From NCBI GenBank assembly GCA_963796275.1, contig CAWCKY010000006.1:1408001-1472000 (forward strand): a stretch of DNA of 64,000 bases, in the 5' to 3' direction. The translations under genes and the position numbers were made by a program. The notes beneath the pieces were generated by a model. The model searched no databases, had not been told where the DNA came from, and saw only the letters and a list, made by a program, of their open reading frames with translations. Positions 9,749 through 20,048 of this stretch are shown piece by piece. Position 1 is the first letter of the stretch; the number at the start of each line of letters is the position of its first letter. Source of the DNA: an uncultured Acidobacteriota bacterium (GTDB lineage Bacteria > Acidobacteriota > Blastocatellia > RBC074).

Positions 9749-10607
9749 TGTTGTAATCGATAAGGCAGGAGAGAAGCGATCGAGTAGTCTTCACACACGG
9801 GTGGAGCGGCCGAGGGGAGCCGAATGGCTATTACTCGCGATAGTGGTCCTCTACGCCGTATTGCTATTTGCCGGGCCGCTCGCCGCCATCGCCTGGGGTG
9901 CGCTCTCATCGGGTTTCAACGCAATGTTGAGGGAGATTACGTCAATCGAAGCGATAAATGCGCTCAAATTGACGCTGATCCAGAGCGTTGCCGCTACGTT
10001 GATCAACACGGGTTTCGGGTTGTGTGTGGCGATATTTCTGGCGCGTGATGACTTCAGAGGCCGGCGCCTCTTGAACGGATTGGTCGATCTGCCATTTGCT
10101 GTCTCTCCGGTTATCGCCGGATTTACCTTGATACTGTTGTTCGGCCGGAATGGCTGGTTGGCCGGGAGCATAGATGCGCTCAATCTTCGCGTGGTATTCG
10201 CGTTGCCGGGAATGTTGCTGGCGACGATCTTCGTCTCGCTGCCTTTTGTGGTTCGCGCAGTGATCCCGATGTTAAAACACATCGGTACAGAACAGGAGAA
10301 TGTGGCTTACACGATGGGGGCAGGGTATTGGCGGACGTTCTGGCACATTACGTTGCCGAATATTCGCTGGGGACTGCTTTATGGTATTTCGCTCACCTTC
10401 GCGCGCTCCATCGGCGAATTCGGAGCCGTATTGGTGGTGGGCGGAGGAGTAACTCGGTTGACCGAGACTTCTACTCTCTACATTTATCGCGCGCTCGATG
10501 ATCGTAACGAGATCGGAGCATATGCGATGGTGCTGGTACTGGCCGCGTTCTCGTTGGGCCTGCTTTTATTGATGGAGTACTCGAGAAAACATACGCAGGA
10601 AGACTGA
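9723..10607 (+). CDS. cysW: Sulfate ABC transporter permease CysW
   Basis: DLPFAVSPVIAG, LATIFVSLPFV, TLPNIRWGLLYG, ARSIGEFGAV; start probably TTG at 9735 after GGAGG. Confidence 0.93.
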   Translation: MEGPLPPDNVVIDKAGEKRSSSLHTRVERPRGAEWLLLAIVVLYAVLLFAGPLAAIAWGALSSGFNAMLREITSIEAINALKLTLIQSVAATLINTGFGLCVAIFLARDDFRGRRLLNGLVDLPFAVSPVIAGFTLILLFGRNGWLAGSIDALNLRVVFALPGMLLATIFVSLPFVVRAVIPMLKHIGTEQENVAYTMGAGYWRTFWHITLPNIRWGLLYGISLTFARSIGEFGAVLVVGGGVTRLTETSTLYIYRALDDRNEIGAYAMVLVLAAFSLGLLLLMEYSRKHTQED

Positions 10608-10649
10608 ACGAAGACTGGAGATAGGTGCGACGAACACAAGGACACAAAG

Positions 10650-10829
10650 ATGAAAAGACGCAAAGAAGATAACAGCATACGAAGCGAGAAACACGGCAGG
10701 GATAGGATCAGGATGTTCTTCATCAAGATATTCTTTACTCCGGTGCCCATGATGGATCGTTGTTGTTGTTGTCCCTGTTCATGTCTATGCCTTGGGCTGC
10801 AGAGAATAGAGCCTGATTCGAGGGAATGA
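10650..10829 (+). CDS. Unannotated Cys-rich small ORF, candidate attenuator leader peptide (59 aa)
   Basis: AAGGA 7 nt upstream of ATG; MKRRKEDNSIRSEKHGRDRIRMFFIKIFFTPVPMMDRCCCCPCSCLCLGLQRIEPDSRE*; alternative ATGs at 10713, 10749, 10752; below the ORF-track length cutoff. Confidence 0.5.
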   Translation: MKRRKEDNSIRSEKHGRDRIRMFFIKIFFTPVPMMDRCCCCPCSCLCLGLQRIEPDSRE

Positions 10830-10856
10830 AATCTGGATGCCAGCCAGATCATTACT

Positions 10857-10901
10857 GAAACCCGCTATCAGCTCTAAGCGAATAGCGGGTTTCTGATTTT
10901 T
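10857..10901 (+). terminator. Terminator-like hairpin 1
   Basis: GAAACCCGCTAT (10857-10868)/ATAGCGGGTTTC (10882-10893) followed by TGATTTTT. Confidence 0.65.
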
Positions 10902-10917
10902 GGTTGGTTCATACGAA

Positions 10918-10955
<38 letters not shown>

Positions 10956-10987
10956 GCGGTGGGTCCCATGAACCCACCGCGTTTTTT
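10956..10987 (+). terminator. Intrinsic terminator hairpin 2
   Basis: GCGGTGGGT/ACCCACCGC 9-bp stem, 7-nt loop, followed by GTTTTTT. Confidence 0.75.
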
Positions 10988-11026
10988 AAGGCTGATCATC
11001 AGTTCGGCTGCGGTTTAGAGATAGCA

Positions 11027-11101
11027 GGCGGCGTAGCCAAGCGGTAAGGCAGAGGCCGGCAAAGCCTTTATACGCGGGTTCGATTCCCGTCGCCGCCTCC
11101 A
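11027..11101 (+). tRNA. tRNA-Cys(GCA) with non-canonical G33
   Basis: Acceptor GGCGGCG/CGCCGCC, discriminator T, encoded CCA; D arm GCC-AAGCGGTAA-GGC; anticodon stem GAGGC/GCCTT with loop CG-GCA-AA; T arm GCGGG-TTCGATT-CCCGT. Confidence 0.93.
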
Positions 11102-11154
11102 TATGCGGGATAAGGCAGGGTTTCCATCCTGCCAAATTTACTGAGGAGCCCTGA

Positions 11155-14100
11155 ATGCGAAAAAATTTGCAAAATCTCCAAGCATCTCTGTTTGTATTAC
11201 TTCTAGTCCTGGCCGGATTGGTCAACGCCCAAACCGCGACGGCCACGCTCAAGGGATCGGTGACCGATGGCGGCGGCAGCGCAGTGTCAGGCGCGGGCGT
11301 AACACTGACGAGCATTGCCACCGGTTTAAAAAAATCATTCACGACCGATGAGAACGGACAGTTCATCTTCACCTTTCTCGAGCCAGGCTTCTACACGCTT
11401 GACGCGCAAGCGAGCGGCTTCAAAATCCACCGGCATCCGCGTCTGCAACTCGAGGTCGGGCAGACCGCTGAATTCGTCATAGCACTTACTCCCGGCGATC
11501 TACAGGAGACTATCAATATCACCGCCGCCGATTCGCCGGGACTCGACACCACCACCAGCTCGCTCGGCGGCATCGTCGGGCGGCAGCGCGTCGATGTGCT
11601 TCCGTTAAACGGCCGCAATGTCTTTCAACTCGCGCAACTCGAGATCGGCGTGACGACGGCGCCCGGCTCGCGCGGCGCCAATCCAGACCTGACCGCTTCG
11701 GGTGAGATTTCGGTAAACGGCGGGCGCACGCTCAACACGGAAGCATTCGTGGATGGCATTCCGCTGGCCAATAAAGGCGATAATCGTATCTCTCTGCGCC
11801 CTTCGCCGGACGCTGTTCAGGAGTTTCAGATCATGACCAATTCATTCCCGGCTGAATACGGCCGCACGGGCGGAGGCGCGCTCAACTTTTCGACGCGCTC
11901 CGGGGGCAATGAATTTCGCGGAACGCTCTTTGAATATCTGCGCAATGATGCGCTCGATGCGCGTAGCTTTTTCGTCAACGCCAATCCGAACGGGGTCAAG
12001 GAGAAACTGAGGTTCAATCAGTTCGGTGGCAACCTGGGCGGTCCTCTCTATCTGCCAGGCTTCGGCGATGGGGGCAAATCCTTCCGTCGCATCAACAAGC
12101 TCTTCTTTTTTATCAACTATGAGGCGTTGCGTATTTCACAAACACGGCAGACTCCGTCGACCGTGCCGACGGAGAGGATGCGGAGCGGGGATTTCTCGGA
12201 ATTGCTCGGGGCTGTAATCCCCGGTGTGACGGTTCGCGATACCGACGGGAATCTGATTCCGGCGCGCATCGGACAAATTTATGTTCCCGGCGCAGTGGTT
12301 CAGGCGGGGCAGGCGGGGCAGGCGGGGCAGCCGGGCGACGGATCGCGTGTGGCATTTGCCGGCAATATTATTTCGGAATCGCTCATCGACCCGGTGGGGC
12401 GCGCCGCGCTGTCATACTATCCGCTGCCAAATGCGGCCGGCGCAAGGAACTCCAACGGTCTGGGTTTCAGCAATAACTACGTGGCGAATACGCTGGCGAC
12501 TACCGACAATCATCAGATCACGGCGCGCGTCGATTACAATCTATCGACGTCACAGCAGATATTCGGGCGCGTGATCAAAGAGGATAATACGCTCTTCAAT
12601 TCGGGCCCATTCCCGACCAGCATCGCTTCGCCGATCCAGAATCCGCAGCAGAGCTCGGTCCCGGGCACCTGGGTGGCTCATTACGTCAATACTCTCTCGC
12701 CGAAAGTGGTTCTGCTGCTCAACGCGGGATTCACTCGTTTCAACAACGACGCGACCCATTTCTCGCGCGGCTTCGACGTGACCTCGCTGGGCTTTCCGTC
12801 TTATGTGGCCGGGGCATCAGACGACTCCGGAGTATTTCCTACTCTCAATCCGAATGGCTATAACTCGCTGGGCCCGCCGCGCAATTTCGGCTTCTATCAT
12901 AATAACCAGGACGTTTACAGTCTCAGCCAGAGTCTGAGCCTCTTGCGCGGTGATCATTCGATCAAGCTGGGCGCGAATGAGCGCATCTACCGCAAGTATA
13001 ACTATCGTCCGGACGATCCGGCGGGGAACTTCACATTCTCGCGGGGTTTTACCTCTCGCATTCCGGCCGAGACGACGCCGCAGACGGGCGATGCCATCGC
13101 CTCGTTGCTGCTCGGCAATCCGGCTTCGGGGCGCCTGGCGATTGCGCCGCAGCCAGCCATTCAGAACAAGTATTTCGCGCTCTTTGTGCAGGATGATTGG
13201 AAATTCAATAATCGATTGACGCTCAACCTCGGCCTGCGCTGGGACCTGGAGACGGGGAACACCGAGCGCTTCAATCGCCTTTTGAATTTCGACCCGCAGG
13301 CGCAGTTTCCGATCAATCAGATCGCCGTGGCTTTTCCGGCTGCCACTGCTCTGGGAACAAAGACGATTCCTTTGCGCGGGATCGTAACGCCGGTCGGGCG
13401 CGGCGGAGTAGAGGGCCGCGAAAATTATGACCGGGACTATAATAATTTCGGTCCGCGCGTGGGGCTTGCTTTCAAATTGAATGAGCGGACGGTGATCCGC
13501 GCGGGCGGCGCGATCTTTTATGCCCCGCTGGGCGGCGGCGGATTCAACATCGTGACTGCCGCGATGGACGGCCTGGCCGAGACCCCTTTTATAGCCTCGC
13601 CCGATAACGGCATCAGCCCGACACGAGGAACATATCTCAGCAATCCATTTCCGTCGGGTATTGTGCAGCCGACAGACGCTTACCTCGGGCCGCTGTCCGG
13701 TTACGGCCGCCAGTCGCTTCCGGTGAGGCAGCGCGATATCAGGCCGTCCAAGATCGCGCAGTGGAATTTGAATATCCAACGTGAATTGGCGCGGGCGGTA
13801 ACAGTCGAAGCCGCGTATGCCGGAAGCGCCGGCATCGGGTTGCGGAGCGGCGCAACAGATATCAACCAGCTTTCACCGGAGGCGCTGGCCATTGCGCGTC
13901 AGCTGGTCGTCGCGCCAAACGGCAATCTCGTGCCGGCCGGCAACCTCACGGTATCCAATCCGTTTCTGACGTTACCTGTCGATCAGCGTCCGCCTGCAAC
14001 CTCGATTCTGGGCGCCCCGACGGTGACGGTGGCGCAATTGCTGCGGCCATACCCGCAGTTCGGCAACGTCGTCTCCTACACTCAGAATGAATCGCACTCC

Positions 14101-14838
14101 AGTTACCACTCGTTCCAATTGACGGTGGCTCGGCGGGTCAATGACGGGCTGATCTTCAGCGTCGGTTATGCCTTCTCCAAATCGATAGATGACCTGACCT
14201 CGATGTCGCTCAACAACCAGACGATTCAGATTCAGTATTATCAGGACTATTACAATCGCCGCGGCGACAAATCGCTCTCGAATTTCGATGTCGCTCATCG
14301 CTTTATCGGCGATGTGACCTGGGAGTTGCCTTTCGGGCGTGACCGCCGGTTTTTACGCGGCGGCCTGGCGGCCCGAGTCCTCGACGGATTTTCGGTCAAT
14401 GCGATCGCCCAGGCACAGAGCGGTTTCCCTATTTCAATGGGCGCGACCAATGCGTCGCTGCAGGGATTGGCGTTCAATAGCTTGCGTCCGAACATCGTCG
14501 GTGAGGTCACAACTTCAGCCGGTTCGACGGCAGATCGCATCCGGCAGTATCTCAACACTGCGGCCTTCTCTCAGCCTGCGCCTTACACGTTCGGCAATGC
14601 GCCGCGGACGCTGCCCAACCTGCGCGGACCGAGTTATTTCACCACCAACCTCTCGCTCCAACGCGACTTCAGGTTTACGGAGAATGCGAGGCTTCAGGTC
14701 CGCATCGAGGCGTTCAACGTTTTCAATCGCGCAAATTTACAGCTGCCGAGCGCGATTTTGGGTGCGGCTAACTTCGGCGTTATCACCGGCACTGAAGATC
14801 CGCGCCAGATCCAATTCGCCGCCAGAATCTATTTCTGA
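11155..14838 (+). CDS. TonB-dependent receptor with carboxypeptidase-regulatory-like N-domain
   Basis: RBS GAGGAG; signal peptide; LPLNGRN, PSPDAVQEF, AEYGR, FVQDDWK, C-terminal PRQIQFAARIYF. Confidence 0.93.
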   Translation: MRKNLQNLQASLFVLLLVLAGLVNAQTATATLKGSVTDGGGSAVSGAGVTLTSIATGLKKSFTTDENGQFIFTFLEPGFYTLDAQASGFKIHRHPRLQLEVGQTAEFVIALTPGDLQETINITAADSPGLDTTTSSLGGIVGRQRVDVLPLNGRNVFQLAQLEIGVTTAPGSRGANPDLTASGEISVNGGRTLNTEAFVDGIPLANKGDNRISLRPSPDAVQEFQIMTNSFPAEYGRTGGGALNFSTRSGGNEFRGTLFEYLRNDALDARSFFVNANPNGVKEKLRFNQFGGNLGGPLYLPGFGDGGKSFRRINKLFFFINYEALRISQTRQTPSTVPTERMRSGDFSELLGAVIPGVTVRDTDGNLIPARIGQIYVPGAVVQAGQAGQAGQPGDGSRVAFAGNIISESLIDPVGRAALSYYPLPNAAGARNSNGLGFSNNYVANTLATTDNHQITARVDYNLSTSQQIFGRVIKEDNTLFNSGPFPTSIASPIQNPQQSSVPGTWVAHYVNTLSPKVVLLLNAGFTRFNNDATHFSRGFDVTSLGFPSYVAGASDDSGVFPTLNPNGYNSLGPPRNFGFYHNNQDVYSLSQSLSLLRGDHSIKLGANERIYRKYNYRPDDPAGNFTFSRGFTSRIPAETTPQTGDAIASLLLGNPASGRLAIAPQPAIQNKYFALFVQDDWKFNNRLTLNLGLRWDLETGNTERFNRLLNFDPQAQFPINQIAVAFPAATALGTKTIPLRGIVTPVGRGGVEGRENYDRDYNNFGPRVGLAFKLNERTVIRAGGAIFYAPLGGGGFNIVTAAMDGLAETPFIASPDNGISPTRGTYLSNPFPSGIVQPTDAYLGPLSGYGRQSLPVRQRDIRPSKIAQWNLNIQRELARAVTVEAAYAGSAGIGLRSGATDINQLSPEALAIARQLVVAPNGNLVPAGNLTVSNPFLTLPVDQRPPATSILGAPTVTVAQLLRPYPQFGNVVSYTQNESHSSYHSFQLTVARRVNDGLIFSVGYAFSKSIDDLTSMSLNNQTIQIQYYQDYYNRRGDKSLSNFDVAHRFIGDVTWELPFGRDRRFLRGGLAARVLDGFSVNAIAQAQSGFPISMGATNASLQGLAFNSLRPNIVGEVTTSAGSTADRIRQYLNTAAFSQPAPYTFGNAPRTLPNLRGPSYFTTNLSLQRDFRFTENARLQVRIEAFNVFNRANLQLPSAILGAANFGVITGTEDPRQIQFAARIYF

Positions 14839-14852
14839 TGATGACGGATAAT

Positions 14853-14941
14853 AGCTACAGAGCGCAGAGAGAAAGTGAGAACGCGAGATACATCGCTATC
14901 TTTACCCTTTGTCGTCTCTCCGTCTCTGCGCCTCTGCGGCT
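14853..14941. repeat. Degenerate REP-like inverted repeat
   Basis: AGCTACAGAGCGCAGAGA...TCTCTGCGCCTCTGCGGCT downstream of the receptor gene. Confidence 0.65.
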
Positions 14942-14974
14942 GCCTCATTTTCCTTCCCCATGCAAAAAATTTAA

Positions 14975-15028
14975 TTGACAACCATTACCGCTCTGCGTAT
15001 CATTCGAAATTCCTGAAAATGATTTTCA
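14975..15028 (+). promoter_or_regulatory. Sigma70 promoter with Fur-box-like operator
   Basis: TTGACA (14975-14980), 17 bp, TATCAT (14998-15003); perfect 7-1-7 palindrome TGAAAAT-G-ATTTTCA (15014-15028); upstream of iron-uptake genes. Confidence 0.8.
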
Positions 15029-15036
15029 AAATCAAG

Positions 15037-15070
15037 CGATAAGTAAACGATAAGTAAAGCGATAAGTAAA
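15037..15070 (+). repeat. Triple 11-bp direct repeat CGATAAGTAAA
   Basis: Copies at 15037, 15048 and 15060. Confidence 0.9.
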
Positions 15071-15385
15071 TCGGCAGTGAGGAGCGATCGGTATAGAGAA
15101 TAGGAAGAGACGGAGCTCTTGCTGCTGTTGGAAAGAGTCGAGCGGTGTAGCGCACCGTCAGACGAAGAGAGAAGGCGAAGATAATAAAGAGCCTTCGGCG
15201 AGGCAACGCCGAAGGCTCCGATCGCACAACCGGCCCGTCCCGTTTAGGCAACTTCGCGAGCAGCGTGCGTAAACCATCTTACCACGCTGCCTGAAACAAT
15301 CAATCGAACCCTCAAAACAACACGATGACTTCACCGGCAGGAACCCGAGATAGGCCGGGTCATTAACATACTTCAGGAGGCACGC

Positions 15386-17858
15386 ATGAAGTTAAACGCA
15401 AAGAAGCATGGTAAGAAGAACAGAAATAAGAAAGGGAACAAAGCCAGATCGAAGCAGCGCGGCCCGCGCTACTGGGTAGCTATGGGCACGATGAGCGCGT
15501 TGCTCGCCTACGCTCCTGTCAGCAGTAAAGCTGAGTCGGCATCGAGCTCTGCCTTGAGCTCTTACAGCGCCTGGGAGGTTATCTACCAGCAGGACCCCGA
15601 TAAGGCCAAACCGGTGAGCCGTTTCGATATTCCGCCGGGATCGCTCGAGACGGTACTGGCCGCTTTTCAAAACCTGACTGGGCTGCAGGTGATCGTTCCG
15701 AGCGGCAATATCAAGTCGATCTCCTCTCAGGGCGTCTCAGGCGCCCTCACTGCTGATAAGGCTCTCCAGCAGTTACTGGCCGGCACCGGCATCACCTATC
15801 GTTTCACCGGCCCAATGATCGTGACGCTTGAACTGAAGGGCGTTGAAGGCTCCGTCGAGATTCTGGGGCGCATTTCGCCATCCTCGCCGAAATATACCGA
15901 GCCGCTGCGCGACACGCCGCAGACGATCAATGTTATTCCCAAAGCGGTGATCGAGGAACAAGGCGCGACCACGCTGCGTGACGTGCTCCGCAATGTCCCC
16001 GGGTTGACCATTGTGGCTGGCGAAGGCGGCGCGCCGGCGGGCGACAATCTGTCGCTGCGAGGCTTCAGCGCGCGTAACGATATCTACGTAGACGGCGTGC
16101 GCGATCTCAGCCCGCAATCCCGCGATCCGTTCAACCTTGAACAGGTCGAAGTGGTAAAGGGTCCAAGTTCGGCTTTCAACGGGCGCGGTTCGGCGGGCGG
16201 AACGATCAATCTGGTCACCAAGATCGCCTAACATCAGGCCTTTCTATGGCGGCACGCTCAGCTTCGGCACCGATAGGACCAAGCGGATCACCACTGATAC
16301 GAATATCCCGTTCAAGGATAGGTACGCATTTCGTTTGAACCTGATGGGCCACGATTCCGGTGTGGCCGGCCGCGACGTGGTTAAAAACCAGCGCTGGGGT
16401 ATCGCTCCATCGCTGGCGACGGGTCTCGGGACGAGGTCGCGATTCATCTTCAGTTATCTTCATCTCAAACAGGACAACATCCCGGATTATGGACTTCCCT
16501 GGGTGACTGCCGACCACAACATCCTGAGTGAATCCCGCGATCAGCCCGCGCCGGTGGATCGCGAGACCTTCTACGGGATCAGGTCTCGTGATTATGAAGA
16601 GTTGAATGCCGACATCGGGACCATTGCGTTCGAGCGCGACGTCAATGATAACCTGACGATGCGCAATCAGCTTCGTTATAGCAGGGCGACGCGCGATTCG
16701 ATCACGACGGCCCCACGTTTCGCCAGCCCCAACTCGCTCATCATCAACCGAAACGGACCTTCTTGGATTACCGAGGATAATATCTGGGATAATCAGACAG
16801 ATCTGAGGTCGAGATTCTCCACCGGTGGTGTTGAACACAGGTTGGTTACCGGCCTTGCTCTCGCCCATGAAAACAACCAGCGTATAACTCGGTCAGTCTC
16901 TACAGCGCCTCCTACGGATATGAATAACCCGAATCCGGATCTGGCCTTCAACAGCGCGACCAGCTTGAGCCCTTTTGTCGGCGACATCACCGGAAAAACA
17001 GTAGGCATCTATGCATTCGACACCGCGCGACTCGGCAATAGATGGGAATTGATCGGCGGTCTGCGCTATGACTACTTTGATGTAGAAGGCATTCCTACCG
17101 CCGCAGCTACGGCGGCTCTTCCCAGCAGGATTGCAAGAATCGATCGGATGTTCAGCGGGCGCGGCGCTATCGTCTTCAAGCCGCGAGCTGAGGGAAACCT
17201 ATACGCTTCATATGGGACGTCGGTCAACCCATCACTGGAAGGACTCTCGTATCAAGCCGTCAGTACGACGCTCGAGCCTGAGAAGACCTATACGGTCGAA
17301 GTCGGCAGCAAATGGGACCTGCTGGGAGAACGCCTGACATTGAATGGCGCGATATTTAACGTGGATAAGACCAATGCCAGGACGCCGGATCTGACAACTC
17401 CCACTTTGACGGTATTGGAGGGCAAGCTTCGCGTCCAGGGTATTGAACTCGGCGCCAGCGGCAGCATCACTCGCACCTGGAGGGTCCTTGCCGGTTATAC
17501 CCTGCTCGACACCAGGGTCGTCAGGTCTAACCTAGCGGCCGAACTCAACAAGCGATTCCAGAATGCGCCTCGAAATTCATTCAACCTCTGGACGACTTAC
17601 CTCGTACGATCGAAGGTCAACCTGGGCGGGGGAATCCGTTTCATCGGCCGGCGGTTCGGCAACAACACGAACACCCGGTTTGTGAATAACTATTACACGT
17701 TCGATGGGCTCATTTCGTTCCCCGTTACGAGTAAGATCGATCTCAGGCTCAACCTCTACAATCTGAACAACGCCTATTACTTTGATCGTTTAGGTGGCGG
17801 TCACCTCATCCCCGGCGCCGGTCGATCGGTGATGGTGAGTACCGGGTTCCGGTTCTAG
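15386..17858 (+). CDS. TonB-dependent siderophore receptor (Fiu/PiuA-like) with STN domain; +1 frameshift near 16223
   Basis: ORFs 15386-16231 (FDIPPGSL STN domain, KYTEPLRDTPQT, RGFSA, VEVVKGP) and 16335-17858 (barrel, terminal FRF) join by removing one base in AAGATCG. Confidence 0.88.
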
Positions 17859-17883
17859 GGTGTGATGCCCAAAAACCTAAGCA

Positions 17884-17914
17884 AAGGTAGGGCAGGAACT
17901 AATTGCCCTACCTT
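17884..17914. repeat. GTAG-type REP-like hairpin
   Basis: AAGGTAGGGCA/TGCCCTACCTT perfect 11-bp IR. Confidence 0.8.
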
Positions 17915-17929
17915 CGCAGAGGAGAAACA

Positions 17930-18610
17930 GTGCTTCTACACATACCCGACGTCCTGTCTTCTGAGCAGGTCTCACACTGCCGGCATAAGCTGGAAGGCGC
18001 CGAATGGGTCGACGGCCGCATCACCGCCGGGCATCAATCGGGCCGCGCCAAAGACAACATGCAAATGCCTGAAGATCACCCGGTGGCGCGTGAATTAGGA
18101 GATCTGATCGTCACGGCGCTTCAGAACAGCCAACTCTTTATGGCGGCGGCGCTGCCGCTGAAGGTATTCCCTCCGCTGTTCAACCGTTATCAGGGCGAAC
18201 AATCGTTCGGCACTCATGTCGATAACGCGATCCGGCAGGTAACGGGGACGCCGCATCGGGTCCGGACCGACCTTTCGGCCACGCTATTTCTGGCCCAGCC
18301 AGAAGAATACGACGGTGGGGAGCTGGTGATCGAAGATACCTACGGTGTGCACAACGTCAAACTGCAAGCAGGCCACCTGATCCTCTATCCATCGAGCAGC
18401 CTGCATCACGTGCGCCCGGTGACGCGCGGTACGCGCCTGGCTTCGTTCTTCTGGATTCAGAGCATGGTGCGCGACGACGGGCAGCGCACGTTGTTATTCG
18501 ATCTGGATATGGCGATTCAGCAGATCGGAAGCGAATCGCCCGAACATGCTGCGACCGTGCAGTTGACCGGCATTTATCACAATCTGCTGCGCCGCTGGGC
18601 CGATGTTTAA
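17930..18610 (+). CDS. piuC: PKHD-type Fe(II)/2-oxoglutarate hydroxylase (PiuC/YbiX)
   Basis: GTG after GAGGAG; [45 protein letters not shown]. Confidence 0.95.
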   Translation: MLLHIPDVLSSEQVSHCRHKLEGAEWVDGRITAGHQSGRAKDNMQMPEDHPVARELGDLIVTALQNSQLFMAAALPLKVFPPLFNRYQGEQSFGTHVDNAIRQVTGTPHRVRTDLSATLFLAQPEEYDGGELVIEDTYGVHNVKLQAGHLILYPSSSLHHVRPVTRGTRLASFFWIQSMVRDDGQRTLLFDLDMAIQQIGSESPEHAATVQLTGIYHNLLRRWADV

Positions 18611-18624
18611 GGGAGAGACCGCGC

Positions 18625-19996
18625 ATGAACCGATTCCGCAAGATCATCTTCTGGTGCCATCTGCCGGTGGGAGTGACCGCCGGCGTGGTCATCTTTATTA
18701 TGTCCTTCACCGGGGTGTTGCTGACATATGAAAAACAGATCATCGCCTGGTCCGACAAGCGCAGTTATCGCGTGGTGCGGCCATCTGCGGAATCAGCGCG
18801 CCTGCCTATAGATACGCTGCTCGCCAAAGTCCGAGAGGCGCGGCCCGATGCCTCTCCCTCTGCCGTCACATTACGCGCGGACGCGGATGCGCCGGTGGCG
18901 GTCGCCCTCGGTCGCGAAGGCACAATTCTGGTCAACCAATATACCGGCGAGGTGCTGGGTGAGGGATCCAAATCGATCCGAAACTTCTTCCGCGTGATCA
19001 CCGACTGGCACCGCTGGCTCGGGGCGGACAGCGAGAACCGCGCTGTCGCCCGGGCAATCACGGGCGCATGTAACCTGGGCTTCCTTTTCATCGTCGTGAG
19101 CGGAATCTACTTATGGTGGCCGAGGAAGTGGGAGCAGGTCAAGGGCGTAATCTGGTTCAGACGCGGCCTGCCCGGCAAGGCGAGGGACTTCAACTGGCAT
19201 AACGTGATTGGCGTCTGGTCGTTTATTCCTCTCTTTATCGTCGTGCTATCGGCTACCGTGATCTCCTACGTCTGGGCGAGCAACCTTGCTTACAGAGTCG
19301 TGGGCGAATCGCCGCCCGCGCAGCGGGGATCCGGGCAACCCAGGCAAACGGGGCAAACGGGGCAAGCGGGGCAAACGGGACAAGCGGGGCAAACGGGGCA
19401 AACGGGGCAAGCCGGGCAAACGGGGCAAGCGGGGCAAACGAGGCAAGCCGGGCAAACGGGGCAAGCGGGGCAAACGGGGCGAGCCGGGACAAGCGGGACA
19501 ACGGGGACGACAAACGACGCCGGCGCCCGCGCAGCGTGGCGGTCAGGAGGAACGGGAAGCATCAGTCAATTTTGACGGCCTCGATCCGCTGCTATCGCGC
19601 GCCGAGCTGCAGATGCCTGGCTGGCAAACTATAAATCTGCGCCTTCCGGCATCGGCGGATGCACCGGCTATATTCACGATCGATCAGGGGAGCGGGGGGC
19701 AGCCGCAGAAACGAGCGCAGCTTACGCTGGACAGGAAGAGCGGTGAAGTTGTTCAGTGGGAGCCTTTCTCGAGCTACACCGTGGGACGAAAACTACGGAC
19801 GATTTTACGATTTGCGCATACGGGCGAGGTGGCCGGAATCATCGGCCAAACCATCGCCGGTCTCGCCTCGCTGGGCGCGGTATTTCTGGTTTATACCGGT
19901 CTAGCCCTCAGCTGGCGCCGCTTCAGAGCGTGGCTCGCGAGACGATCCAGAAGAAGCGCACCGATCGCCTCTCCATTGGGAGAAGGGGCAGAATAG
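18625..19996 (+). CDS. PepSY-associated TM helix protein (PiuB-like); +1 frameshift near 19486
   Basis: FWCHL, DWHRWL, NWHNVIG in the first ORF; RFAHTGE and C-terminal TM helix in 19286-19996; frames join by deleting one G. Confidence 0.88.
19333..19504 (+). repeat. Coding 9-bp tandem repeat GGGCAA(A/G)CG, about 19 units
   Basis: Encodes (GQT/GQA)n; register shifts by one base at 19486. Confidence 0.95.
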
Positions 19997-20048
19997 TTTC
20001 CGGGTTTCGGGTTTTAGGCGCATTACTGAAAGCCGAAAAACTATCTGT

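Noticed and set aside
10605-10829. The Cys-rich ORF is in frame with the cysW TGA stop, suggesting read-through to a Cys-rich tail
   Set aside because: In-frame placement has roughly a 1-in-3 chance, CysW is already full length, and no SECIS-like hairpin follows the TGA.
12817-13779. Long antisense ORFs (also 25676-26602, 33473-34438, 49599-50435)
   Set aside because: Shadow frames opposite well-supported genes in GC-rich DNA, with no family motifs.
11027-14838. Genomic island integrated at tRNA-Cys
   Set aside because: No integrase and no duplicated tRNA 3' end noticed downstream.
15090-15385. Cobalamin riboswitch before the receptor/CbiX-like operon
   Set aside because: No recognisable GGGAA...GCCCCCGCAACTGT core or B12 box; the Fur-like box and piuC point to iron.
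19246-19562. Antisense or alternate-frame ORFs (PRLPRL, CPACPV, GKRGKR) as metallothionein or basic peptides
   Set aside because: They are by-products of the 9-bp repeat inside the PepSY gene.
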